A DNA stretch of 57,758 bases from an uncultured Parcubacteria group bacterium (GTDB lineage Bacteria; Patescibacteriota; Minisyncoccia; UBA6257; 2-01-FULL-56-20), in NCBI GenBank assembly GCA_903911245.1, contig CAIWCR010000028.1, positions 1-57,758 on the forward strand, read 5' to 3'. This document shows, one piece after another, positions 1-10,129 of the stretch. The translations under genes were made by a program, and so were the position numbers. The notes under the pieces were generated by a model that saw only the letters and a list, made by a program, of their open reading frames with translations, ran no database searches and had not been told where the DNA came from. Each line of letters begins with the position of its first letter. Positions within the stretch are counted from its first letter, which is position 1.

Positions 1-879
<879 letters not shown>

Positions 880-1170
880 TTATTCAATAATTGCTAAAAT
901 ATCATCTTCATCCGCAACAAGATATTTTTTCCCATCAAGTTCAACCTCGTCCGGGCCATATTTTTTAAAAAGCACCGTATCACCAATTTTTACTGACATT
1001 AATTGGATTTCTCCTTTGTCGTTTTTCTTTCCAGGACCCGTCGCAAGCACTTTTCCCTTTATTGGCCGTTCTTTTTCGGCTGTTTCAGGAAGGACAATTC
1101 CTCCTTTTGTCACTTTTTCCTCTTCGAGAGGCTCAATAAATAGATGATTTGATAGTGGTTTTAGATTCAT
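880..1170 (-). CDS. groS: Co-chaperonin GroES
   Basis: MNLKPL...TKGGIVLPETAEKERP...G.VLA.GPG...IGDTVLF motifs; 96 aa. Confidence 0.98.
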   Translation of the reverse strand: MNLKPLSNHLFIEPLEEEKVTKGGIVLPETAEKERPIKGKVLATGPGKKNDKGEIQLMSVKIGDTVLFKKYGPDEVELDGKKYLVADEDDILAIIE

Positions 1171-1225
1171 GGTTTGTAAATTATCTAAATTAATATAATA
1201 TTCAGAAAATAATAATTTTATTATC

Positions 1226-1252
1226 TTAGCAATCTCGATCCATGATTGCTAA
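1226..1252. promoter_or_regulatory. CIRCE-like operator (HrcA site) upstream of groES
   Basis: TTAGCAATC-N9-GATTGCTAA versus consensus TTAGCACTC-N9-GAGTGCTAA; just downstream of a minus-strand TTGACC-17-TAGACT promoter (1258-1286). Confidence 0.85.
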
Positions 1253-1351
1253 TGCATAGTCTATCTTGAAATTTTTGGTTGGTCAAGAATTTAGACGATT
1301 AGAAAAATAAAACATATCTAATATTTAGAAGATAATGAGGCCCTAAATGAG

Positions 1352-1371
1352 TTATCCACACGTAATCCACA
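1352..1371 (+). promoter_or_regulatory. DnaA boxes upstream of dnaA (oriC-associated)
   Basis: Perfect TTATCCACA at 1352-1360 and one-mismatch TAATCCACA at 1363-1371. Confidence 0.75.
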
Positions 1372-1462
1372 TATTAAGATAATTTAAGGCTTTGACTCGT
1401 GGAACAGAAAGGGTACTATTGAGCCAAGGAACCGAAAAGATAATTAAAAAAATATAAAAAAT

Positions 1463-2809
1463 ATGGAACTTGAAAAGCTCTGGCAAACAACGCTCGGCGA
1501 AATGGAAATTCAACTTTCAAAAGCGAGTTTTGCCACATGGCTTAAAAATAGTCGCCTTATTGATAAAAAAGATGGAGTTTTTTATGTCGCGGTTGCTAAT
1601 AATTTTGCCAAAGAATGGGTAGAAAACAAATATCAAAAAAATATTATAGGAATTATTCGTAATTTTGATGATTCAATTAAAAAAATAGAATTTGTGGTAA
1701 ATAATCAGGAAATAAAAGATAGTCAAAACCAAAATATAAAGGAAACAGCTAAAATAGAAGCTGCCAGCCTCGACCTCAAAACCGATCCTACCACCGGACT
1801 TAATCAGAAATATGTACTTAGTTCATATGTTGTCGGCCCATCGAATGAGCTTGCTTATGCTGCAGCGTCAGCCATTGTTAACGAAATCGGTAAATATAAC
1901 CCGTTTTTCATTTATGGCGGCGTTGGCATCGGGAAAACTCATCTTATTCAAGGGATAGGAAATGAAATTCTTATAAAATATAAGAAAAAAATACGTCCGT
2001 ATTATGTTTCTTCGGAAAAATTTACTAGTGATGTTGTTTGGGGTATCCGAAATAAGAGAATGGAAGATATAAAAAAACGATATCGCGATGTCGATGTTCT
2101 TATTATTGATGATATTCAGTTCATCGGCGGAAAAGAAAAAACAGAAGAAGAATTTTTCCATACTTTTAATACTCTTTATGAAAATAATAAACAAATAATT
2201 ATTTCATCAGATCGTCCCCCGCAAGCAATTCCTACCCTTGAGGAACGCCTCAGATCACGTTTTGAAGGCGGTCTTATTGCTGATGTTACTTATCCAGAAT
2301 ATGAAACGAGAGTTGCAATCATAAAAAACAAACTTTCTGAGGCAGGTCAAGAATTAAGTGATCCTGTTATCGATATTATTGCCAAACGACTTAAAAAGAA
2401 TATACGGGAATTAGAAGGAATTATAAAAAAAATACTTTTTACGAGAGAAACTCAACATATTGAAATTACCCCTGAAATTGTTGAAGATATAATAGAAAAA
2501 GCAACAAAAAGTGGATCGCGGAAAGTAACTGATACTCAAATAATTAAGGCGGTCACCGAATATTTCAATATTTCAACTGAAGATCTTATGGGCCATAATC
2601 GGAGAAAAGAAATCGTCGAACCGCGCCAAATAATTATGTATCTTCTTCGGGATATCTTAGAGCTTTCATACCCATATATTGGGGAAAAGATGGGGAAAGA
2701 TCATACCACTGCTATCCACTCTTATGAGAAAATCAATCAAGAGGTAAATAGGAACCAATCACTTAATCAGAAGATATTAATGATTAAAGACCTAATTTAT
2801 AAGAACTAA
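1463..2809 (+). CDS. dnaA: Chromosomal replication initiator DnaA
   Basis: YNPFFIYGGVGIGKTHL Walker A, LIIDDIQF Walker B, RLRSRFEGG, DHTT domain IV. Confidence 0.99.
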   Translation: MELEKLWQTTLGEMEIQLSKASFATWLKNSRLIDKKDGVFYVAVANNFAKEWVENKYQKNIIGIIRNFDDSIKKIEFVVNNQEIKDSQNQNIKETAKIEAASLDLKTDPTTGLNQKYVLSSYVVGPSNELAYAAASAIVNEIGKYNPFFIYGGVGIGKTHLIQGIGNEILIKYKKKIRPYYVSSEKFTSDVVWGIRNKRMEDIKKRYRDVDVLIIDDIQFIGGKEKTEEEFFHTFNTLYENNKQIIISSDRPPQAIPTLEERLRSRFEGGLIADVTYPEYETRVAIIKNKLSEAGQELSDPVIDIIAKRLKKNIRELEGIIKKILFTRETQHIEITPEIVEDIIEKATKSGSRKVTDTQIIKAVTEYFNISTEDLMGHNRRKEIVEPRQIIMYLLRDILELSYPYIGEKMGKDHTTAIHSYEKINQEVNRNQSLNQKILMIKDLIYKN

Positions 2810-2940
2810 TTCATATATTATCCCGAAGTAGTTTTTTATATAAACCAATAAATATAAGCTTAAATAGAGTTATTAACAGAAAAGAGTGTATAACAGACTT
2901 AATAACAGTAATTTATTCTTATATATAATTAATTATAATT
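2810..2940. other. Candidate oriC segment (dnaA-dnaN spacer)
   Basis: Very AT-rich with degenerate DnaA-box-like 9-mers (TTATTAACA, TGTATAACA, TTAATAACA). Confidence 0.45.
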
Positions 2941-4053
2941 ATGAAGTTCATTGCATTGAGATCAAATATTAAAGAATCTATTTCAATAGCCGAAAAAGCA
3001 ATAGGAGATAATATTAATCTTCCTATCCTTAAAAATATTTTTATCGAAGCATATGAAGGCGGCGTGCGTTTTATTGCCACTAATCTTGAAATTGCGATAA
3101 CGTGTAATGTTTCTGGAAAAGTTATCGAAAGTGGAAAAATAACAGTGCCGGTAGGGCTTTTTTCTAATATTATCGCCAATATTCAAAGCGATAGGCTTAA
3201 TTTTGAAAAGAAGGGAGATAATCTTGAAATTAAAACAGATAACTATAGTGCTCTTTTACAGGGGCTCTCCGCTGATGATTTTCCTCTTACCCCTAAAATA
3301 AAAGATACTAAGAGTTTTATTGAAATTAAGGGAATTTTTATAAAAGAAGCTATTGGACAGGTAATGGCGGCATCGCAATTTTCAGATTTAAGACCAGAAT
3401 TAAATAGTATTCTCTTTGATTTTTCTATTGAAAATCTTAAATGTGCCGCGACGGATGGATTTCGATTAGCAGAAAAAACAATTTCAGCGAGTAATTTTAT
3501 TTCGAAAGATTCTGAATTATTCAGAATCTTAGTTCCATTAAAAACAAGCCAAGAAGTATTAAGAATGGTAAAAGATGATGAAATAGTCAGAATTTTTCAT
3601 GATGAAAATCAGATTTTATTTAAGACCGATTCGGTTGAACTTATTTCACGGATTATTGATGGAAATTTTCCTGATTATTCCCAATTGATTTCAAATGATT
3701 TTAATACTGAAATTTCTTTGAATAAAGAAGAATTTTTTAACGCTATTAAACTTGCTGGCGTTTTTGGGCAAAAAAATAATGAAGTAAGGATAAAAATCCA
3801 TGAGAATAAGAAAATTATAGAAATAAATTCAGCCGACCAATCGCTTGGTGAAAATAATTATCTTCTTCCCGCTAAAATTAAAGGAGATATAATGGAAATA
3901 TTCTTTAACTGGAAATATCTCGCCAATGCTTTAAAAGTAATAAAAACAGAAGATATTATTATTGGATTAGGCGAAGATGCTGCTCCGGCAATTATAAAAT
4001 CAACAAGCGATAATTCATATTTCTATATTCTTAAGCCAATTATGAAGGGGTAA
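2941..4053 (+). CDS. dnaN: DNA polymerase III beta clamp
   Basis: LPILKN, ATNLE, ATDGFRLAE, SRIIDGNFPDY motifs; 370 aa; follows dnaA. Confidence 0.98.
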   Translation: MKFIALRSNIKESISIAEKAIGDNINLPILKNIFIEAYEGGVRFIATNLEIAITCNVSGKVIESGKITVPVGLFSNIIANIQSDRLNFEKKGDNLEIKTDNYSALLQGLSADDFPLTPKIKDTKSFIEIKGIFIKEAIGQVMAASQFSDLRPELNSILFDFSIENLKCAATDGFRLAEKTISASNFISKDSELFRILVPLKTSQEVLRMVKDDEIVRIFHDENQILFKTDSVELISRIIDGNFPDYSQLISNDFNTEISLNKEEFFNAIKLAGVFGQKNNEVRIKIHENKKIIEINSADQSLGENNYLLPAKIKGDIMEIFFNWKYLANALKVIKTEDIIIGLGEDAAPAIIKSTSDNSYFYILKPIMKG

Positions 4054-4238
4054 AATTTCCTATATAATTTATTACTAGTTTTTTATTATCCAAGGCTTGA
4101 TACGGGTCCCGGATTAATTCTTTTTTTTGGAACGATGACATATAACCCAAGCGTTGCCGGATATCGTTTTACAAATACATATGGAGCTACTTGTGGATTT
4201 GGTTTCTTTATTGTGAGAACGAGACCAACGGCATAGTT

Positions 4239-6344
4239 TTATATCCCATTTCTTTTTATCCACGCTTGCAAGCCAGTTTCCCAATTTTGAAATTGTGGAT
4301 CTAACCAAGGATTTATTGGATCGGCTCCAGTTGGATTATTTTTATCTATGTAATAAAGCTCAGAATGAACCTGATTATCAATAAGATAATTTCCCGCTAG
4401 AATCGGCTTAGAAGGGTTTACCGGATCGGGAGCGATGAATGACTCAGATGAGGCATTCTGAAGCGCCTGAGCCATAAATGAGCTCCAAATAGGTACTGCT
4501 GCAAGAATACTCGAACCGTTTTTTTGCATAGGCGAGTTATTATTATTTCCCGCCCACACTCCAACGACAAGTGATGGAGTGTATCCCATTGCCCATGCAT
4601 CGCGATAATCATTAGAAGTTCCTGTTTTTAGTGCAACATCATGTCCTGGAAAAACGGTGAGTCCTAAGCTTCCCTGGAAAAGACCACTCCGCGCATTTGA
4701 ATCAGAAAGAATATCGTTTATAAGTCGCACTGACTGGACATCGGAAACTTGAGCATTTTCATCATTATATGATTCAAGTATTTTTCCACTCGAATCTTGT
4801 ACAGTTAAAATCATCTTTTGGTTATGGAGCGTCCCTTCAGCGGCAAGTACTGAATATGCCTTTAAGAGATCAATAAGATGAACTGCCCCACCCCCAAGAG
4901 TGAGAGAAAGACCATACGCATCGGGGTTATTAAGAGTAGTAAGTCCAAAACTATTCATATTAGTGACGGTATCACGCAGGCCGACCATATAAAGCATTTT
5001 TACTGCAGGGATATTGACTGATTGTGCAAGTGCATTACGTATTGAAATTGGTCCGACAAATGTTCCTTCAAAGTTTTGAGGATGAAAACAAGCGGTATTG
5101 GTGCTATTGAAATCAGGAAGAGAAGGACATGACGAATCAGTACTGAATTCTGTTGGAACATCAAAAAGAATGCTTTGTGGCGCAAATCCTTTTTGAAAAG
5201 CCCGAAGATAAACGAATGGTTTTAGAGAAGATCCTGGTTGGCGCAATCCTTGAGTGGCAACATTGAAATTCCCCTCGTTTTTACTATCAAAATAATTTCT
5301 CGATCCTACCATTGCAAGAATTTGTCCAGTTTTTGGATCTTCCGCGACAAGAGATGCATTTTTTCCGTTATAAAGCTTTTCATTTTGGGATGCTCCAGCG
5401 CTTACCGCTGACTCTGCTTCTTGTTGGAGCGTCCAGTCGAGCGTCGTTATAACTTTCAATCCCCCGTTATCGACCATCTCCTCGCCATATTTTTGCACGA
5501 GATAGTCCTGTACTGCGGTCACGAAGTGAGGAGCGTTAATACCACTAAGAGATCGTGGCTGAAAAACTATTTTTTCAGCAAGCGCCGCATCGAGTTGTTT
5601 TTTATTTATTTTCCCAAGCTCGTACATCTTTTTAAGGACGGTTTGTTGGCGCGTAAGAAGACTACTGACATGGCTTCCCCATGGAGAATAATAGGTAGGA
5701 GCTTGCGGTAATGCCGCAAGAACGGCGCTTTGTGCAAGATCGATATTTTCCACCGCCTTCCCAAAATATGCCTCACTTGCCGATTCCACGCCGGAGGTCG
5801 TTGGGCCGTAAGAAACTTCGTTTAAATAGAGTCCCAAAATTTGATCTTTAGAATAATATTGATTGAGTTTTATTGCGAGAATTAATTCTTTAATCTTTCG
5901 TGAAAATGTTTGATCGAGTGTAAGAAAAGCGTTTCGTGCAAGCTGCTGTGTTATGGTTGATCCCCCTTGGACAATTCCCCTACTAGTAATATTCGCAAGG
6001 ATTGCCCGAAGGATACCTTTTAGGTCAAAGGCTGGTTCATTATAAAAATTCTGATCTTCGATTGAAATCGTTGCGTCTTTTAGTGTCTGCGGTATTTGGT
6101 TAAATGGAGCAACTGTTCTTTTTCCGTTTTTCGATATTTCATAGAGAAGCGCCGTTCCGGTTCTGTCATAAATTTTTGTCGATTGTGTTATCTGTTGCGC
6201 AGCAATTTCTTGTATTGAGGGAAGTGTTTTTGCAAGATAGATAATAAAAATAAAAAGAACTATCGCTAAAAAGGAGATAATAATGCCGGCAAGTTGGAGA
6301 GGGGAACCCAATTTCCTTATGTTTTTAAGTTGAAAGAATTTCAT
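4239..6344 (-). CDS. Class A penicillin-binding protein (PBP1A family)
   Basis: N-terminal TM helix, EDQNFY and GGSTITQQLARN transglycosylase motifs, SSLK / SVN / KTGT transpeptidase motifs. Confidence 0.95.
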   Translation of the reverse strand: MKFFQLKNIRKLGSPLQLAGIIISFLAIVLFIFIIYLAKTLPSIQEIAAQQITQSTKIYDRTGTALLYEISKNGKRTVAPFNQIPQTLKDATISIEDQNFYNEPAFDLKGILRAILANITSRGIVQGGSTITQQLARNAFLTLDQTFSRKIKELILAIKLNQYYSKDQILGLYLNEVSYGPTTSGVESASEAYFGKAVENIDLAQSAVLAALPQAPTYYSPWGSHVSSLLTRQQTVLKKMYELGKINKKQLDAALAEKIVFQPRSLSGINAPHFVTAVQDYLVQKYGEEMVDNGGLKVITTLDWTLQQEAESAVSAGASQNEKLYNGKNASLVAEDPKTGQILAMVGSRNYFDSKNEGNFNVATQGLRQPGSSLKPFVYLRAFQKGFAPQSILFDVPTEFSTDSSCPSLPDFNSTNTACFHPQNFEGTFVGPISIRNALAQSVNIPAVKMLYMVGLRDTVTNMNSFGLTTLNNPDAYGLSLTLGGGAVHLIDLLKAYSVLAAEGTLHNQKMILTVQDSSGKILESYNDENAQVSDVQSVRLINDILSDSNARSGLFQGSLGLTVFPGHDVALKTGTSNDYRDAWAMGYTPSLVVGVWAGNNNNSPMQKNGSSILAAVPIWSSFMAQALQNASSESFIAPDPVNPSKPILAGNYLIDNQVHSELYYIDKNNPTGADPINPWLDPQFQNWETGLQAWIKRNGI

Positions 6345-6413
6345 ATTTCTCCATAAAGAGTATCAAAAAACGGCCTTCTACGCAATTATAAAAGACCGCT
6401 TTTTTGAATTTTA

Positions 6414-6596
6414 TTATTCGTTTGCTATATCATCATCGGGCTCCGCTGCTCTCTTGTCGTCTAAAAGATCATCATCGTCCTCGTCGACGTCTTCGATGTC
6501 GGGGGCGTCATCGTTTATTCCGCTTTCAAGATCTTCCTCGTCGCTTAATCCACGAAACTCAAGTTTCAAATCTTCTAACGTATTTACCATATTCAT
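6414..6596 (-). CDS. Small acidic hypothetical protein
   Basis: 60-aa D/E-rich ORF filling an intergenic gap, co-oriented with its neighbours. Confidence 0.6.
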   Translation of the reverse strand: MNMVNTLEDLKLEFRGLSDEEDLESGINDDAPDIEDVDEDDDDLLDDKRAAEPDDDIANE

Positions 6597-6775
6597 TGTT
6601 GGTAATGTAATTATTTATTTAATTGATTTATATGTCGAATCCGAAATATTTTTTATGATGGAAAAAATAAAGCGACCTTTTAAGAAGAAAATTCAATTTT
6701 TTCTCATCAATTTTATCCAGTATATTTAACCTTAAAAGATTGTCAAGGTCTTTTTTATTAACATTTAATATTTAG

Positions 6776-7246
6776 TTATATTATGCGTTCCCCTGCGGTA
6801 ATAATCGCAATAGCAAGGGCATCGCTTGCGTCATCAATTACCTTGAGATCGTGTTTCCCAAGGATGAGCTGAACCATCTTTAACACTGCTTTTTTGTCGG
6901 CAAATCCATATCCTGTTATTCCTGATTTTATTTCGTTTGGATTATATTCTTTAATAGGGAGCCCGTGTTCGCGCGCAGAAAGGAGAATTACTCCGCGCGC
7001 TTGGGCGACGGCGACGGCCGTTTTTTGATTTTTTACAAAATAGAGCTTTTCAACTCCCATGCGGACGGGCTTGTATTTTTTTATAAGTTTATCGAGTTCT
7101 TTTTTTGTTTCATAGAGAGCAGAGATGTCGTCGGCGCTTTTTATATCGAGCAGTCCTGCGGCAATAAAAGAAACGTCATTCCCCTCTTTGCGGACAATGC
7201 CATAGCCAATTCTTCGTGTTCCTGGGTCGATGCCTAGCGTAATCAT
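6776..7246 (-). CDS. ruvC: Holliday junction resolvase RuvC
   Basis: LGIDPG, VEKLYF, QARGVILL, DDASDALAIA. Confidence 0.97.
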   Translation of the reverse strand: MITLGIDPGTRRIGYGIVRKEGNDVSFIAAGLLDIKSADDISALYETKKELDKLIKKYKPVRMGVEKLYFVKNQKTAVAVAQARGVILLSAREHGLPIKEYNPNEIKSGITGYGFADKKAVLKMVQLILGKHDLKVIDDASDALAIAIITAGERII

Positions 7247-7258
7247 AAAAGAAAAAAT

Positions 7259-7798
7259 TTAATTAATACTATTGGTATAAATTTTCTGCACGTTGTCATT
7301 GTCTTCGAGTTCTTCGATAAGATGTTGTAGTTTCCCTTTTTCCTCGCTAGCTATCTCGATAGGAAACTTTGCTTTCCATTCGCTTATAGTATCCGAGCTT
7401 GGTTCGAATAGCCATTGTACGCTTCCCGATTCCGCCCATTTTCCGCCACCTTCTTTAAGGATTAATTTTATTTCCTGAACGGTCCGGTTTTTGTTGTCGC
7501 TGATTGCAAAAATAAGAATAGCGGCACCACCCGGGCCATATGCCTCAAAAAGAAGATCTTCAAGATTCTTCCCATCTTCTGAGGCGCGCTTGATTGCCCG
7601 ATCAATATTTTCTTGCGGAACCATCAATTCCTTTGCTTTTATAATGGCCGTCCGTAATCGCAGATTGAAATTAGGATTTGACTCTGTCCTTGCCGCTGCT
7701 GAAATCGCCGCGAGAAGTTTTGAAAAAAGCTTGCCGCGTTTCTGATCGGTAATTTCTTTTTTTCTTTTTATTCCTGCCCAATGAGAATGTCCTGCCAT
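7259..7798 (-). CDS. yebC: YebC/PmpR family protein (short CPR form)
   Basis: MAGHSHWAGIKRKK, YGPGG, SDNKNRT; start moved to the MAGH ATG at 7798. Confidence 0.95.
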   Translation of the reverse strand: MAGHSHWAGIKRKKEITDQKRGKLFSKLLAAISAAARTESNPNFNLRLRTAIIKAKELMVPQENIDRAIKRASEDGKNLEDLLFEAYGPGGAAILIFAISDNKNRTVQEIKLILKEGGGKWAESGSVQWLFEPSSDTISEWKAKFPIEIASEEKGKLQHLIEELEDNDNVQKIYTNSIN

Positions 7799-7898
7799 GG
7801 GCTTATTATATATTGAGCGCCTCAGAATAAAAAATTTCAATTATTAGGTTGGGTTTCATTTTCTTTCAAAACCGATTTTTTGTAGTATAATACAGCCA

Positions 7899-9581
7899 AT
7901 GTCAGACGAACCGAAAAAATCAGAATTACAAACGAAGATTGCCGCCCTTAGAAGGGAGGGGGAAGAGCGCGCTGCGCAGCAGCTTGCCGAAAAGCTAGGA
8001 TATCCGTATGCCGATCTTGGGAAAATGCCGGTCGCACTTGATGCTATAAAAGTTATCTCCGAAAACGAAGCGCGCGATGCGAAGATTGCAGGAATCGAAA
8101 TACGAGGACGGCAGTTGGCGCTTGTTGCAGTAAACCCGGAACTTCCCGCGACGAAAAAGATAATCGACGATCTTACAAAAAAGCGATATGAGGTGAAGGT
8201 GTTTATTGTGTCCCCTTCTGGGCTTGCTTCGGCATGGCATTTCTATAAGTTTATAAAACCGATAACGGAGAATATTACGGGTAAGGTTAATATTGCAAAG
8301 ACGAGACTTGCGGATCTCATGATGCGCCTTACGAATATCGAAGCAATCAAAAACGAGCTTGGCGAATTGGATTTTATGAAGACGTCCCCCGGGACAATCA
8401 TTGAAATTATTCTCGCCGGATCGCTCGCGATGCGTGCATCAGATATTCATATCGAAGCAGAGGAAAAGGGCGCGAAATTTCGTTTTCGTATTGACGGACT
8501 TCTCTATGATGTTTTCAGCGGTTTTCCTGTTTTTCGGTATGGTACTTTTGTTTCACATATAAAATTGCTTGCGGGTATGAAAATCAATATTCATGATGAA
8601 GCGCAGGATGGAAGATTTTCTATAAAGCTTGCCGATAAGGAAATCGAAATGCGTGTTTCGATTCTTCCCGCTGAGTTTGGCGAGACAATCGTCATGAGAA
8701 TTTTGGACCCTAAGGCTATCATGGTCGGCCTGCCTGATCTCGGTCTTCGCGAGGACAATCTTGTGCTCGTCAAAAAGCAGCTCGAAAAACCAAATGGCCT
8801 TATCTTAAATACTGGTCCGACTGGTTCTGGAAAAACGACGACACTCTATGCTTTTTTACGGACTATCAATAGTTCCGAAGAAAAAATTATCACCCTTGAA
8901 GACCCGATTGAATATCGGATTGAAGGAATTGAACAGACACAGGTTGATAACGAAGCGGGATACACGTTTGCAAACGGGCTTCGTGCCATCGTGCGGCAAG
9001 ATCCTGATATTATTCTTGTTGGTGAAGTGCGCGATCTTGAAACGGCTGATATTTCAATGCAGGCGGCGCTTACAGGGCACCTTGTTCTTTCAACGCTTCA
9101 TACCAATGACGCTATTGGTGCGGTACCGCGACTTATCAATCTTGGCGTAAAGTCGGTGAGCATTGGACCGGCACTCGCGCTTGTGATTGCTCAGCGCCTC
9201 GTTCGCGTGTTATGTCCATCCTGTAAGAAGCCGGCAACAACAGACGACGCAACAAAAGACAATATAAAGAAATTTTTAGATAAGCTTCCGGCGAAAGTCG
9301 ATAAATCGAAATACGAACATTATTCCATGTGCGAACCGGTTGGCTGTGATAAATGTAACAAAATGGGATATCGGGGCCGCGTAGGAATTTTTGAATTTTT
9401 GGAAGGAGGCCCGGATCTTGAAACGACTATTCTTAAAGAAGCATCCGAAGTTGCGCTTCGCGAAGTGGCAAAGCGCCAGGAAATGATTACAATGCAGGAA
9501 GATGGTATTTTAAAAGCGCTCCTCGGACAAACGACTCTTTCCGAAGTAGTGGGAGCGACGGGGCAAATTGAGTGGAAGTAG
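7899..9581 (+). CDS. pilB: Type IV pilus / T2SS assembly ATPase (PilB/GspE family)
   Basis: ASDIHIE, GPTGSGKTTTLY, TLEDPIE, RQDPDIILVGEVRD, TGHLVLSTLH, tetracysteine zinc motif. Confidence 0.9.
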   Translation: MSDEPKKSELQTKIAALRREGEERAAQQLAEKLGYPYADLGKMPVALDAIKVISENEARDAKIAGIEIRGRQLALVAVNPELPATKKIIDDLTKKRYEVKVFIVSPSGLASAWHFYKFIKPITENITGKVNIAKTRLADLMMRLTNIEAIKNELGELDFMKTSPGTIIEIILAGSLAMRASDIHIEAEEKGAKFRFRIDGLLYDVFSGFPVFRYGTFVSHIKLLAGMKINIHDEAQDGRFSIKLADKEIEMRVSILPAEFGETIVMRILDPKAIMVGLPDLGLREDNLVLVKKQLEKPNGLILNTGPTGSGKTTTLYAFLRTINSSEEKIITLEDPIEYRIEGIEQTQVDNEAGYTFANGLRAIVRQDPDIILVGEVRDLETADISMQAALTGHLVLSTLHTNDAIGAVPRLINLGVKSVSIGPALALVIAQRLVRVLCPSCKKPATTDDATKDNIKKFLDKLPAKVDKSKYEHYSMCEPVGCDKCNKMGYRGRVGIFEFLEGGPDLETTILKEASEVALREVAKRQEMITMQEDGILKALLGQTTLSEVVGATGQIEWK

Positions 9582-9610
9582 GTAGCGATGATTTTCAAAA
9601 GATGAATAAA

Positions 9611-9638
9611 AAAATCCCTGCAAATGAGCAGGGATTTT
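9611..9638. terminator. Bidirectional intrinsic terminator
   Basis: AAAATCCCTGC-AAATGA-GCAGGGATTTT hairpin with A/T tails. Confidence 0.75.
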
Positions 9639-9711
9639 GCTTGTACAATGTTGCGATTGCTACGTTGTACAATATTCCGAACGTATAAGAGCATACATCC
9701 GGAGAATTATA

Positions 9712-9897
9712 TAAAACGAGCTTGCGGCTCGCTCAAACCTGGGGGCAATTCCCTCGTAAGAGGGATTTGCGTGATCTCTTCTATCAAAAGATAAAAGAGG
9801 TTAGAATTATTCAAAGGATGAGACCAGCCGAAACCGATCCGTCCTAAATATTTAGAAATAATTCCGCCCCCAGATTTGAACGAACCAACTTAATCCT
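9712..9897 (-). ncRNA. Unidentified structured ncRNA (~185 nt; 6S-like size)
   Basis: Minus-strand TTGACA-17-(TGC)TAGCAT promoter (9904-9932); 21-bp closing stem (9866-9886 with 9726-9746) that needs G-U pairs and so works only on the minus strand; internal hairpins; terminal GCGAGC/GCTCGT hairpin plus U-tract. Confidence 0.65.
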
Positions 9898-9932
9898 AGT
9901 GATATGCTAGCATAAAGAAAATTACTTGTCAA

Positions 9933-10002
9933 GGGCTTCGCATTTTGTCTCGAAGGAGGGGTTCTCTCAACTCCTTCGAGACAAAACCGCTACGCCTGGT
10001 GG
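9933..10002. repeat. Palindromic intergenic repeat, copy 1
   Basis: Perfect 16-bp inverted repeat 9943-9958/9971-9986; flanks shared with the copy at 19115-19240. Confidence 0.6.
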
Positions 10003-10129
10003 AGAGGGGCGGGAAAATGATCCCCTTAGTAGGCAAAACAGCCCTTCATTCATATGTAAAAGACGGAGAAGCTCCTTATTTTCTATTTATTTAATAAATT
10101 TAGTGTATTATGTAGGTACTCATTTAAGT

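Noticed and set aside
4054..4238. Open frames continuing past the dnaN and PBP stop codons
   Set aside because: No convincing start or recognisable product; both genes end at the expected length with TAA.
9712..9897. tmRNA, SRP or RNase P assignment for the ncRNA (GGGGGC...GCCCCCA)
   Set aside because: No T-arm or CCA end, no SRP GGAA-loop motif and no RNase P GAGGAAAGTC motif visible.
9926..10129. 68-aa N-terminal extension of RuvB in the ORF track
   Set aside because: Runs through a palindromic repeat from a TTG; RuvB similarity starts after ATG 10130.
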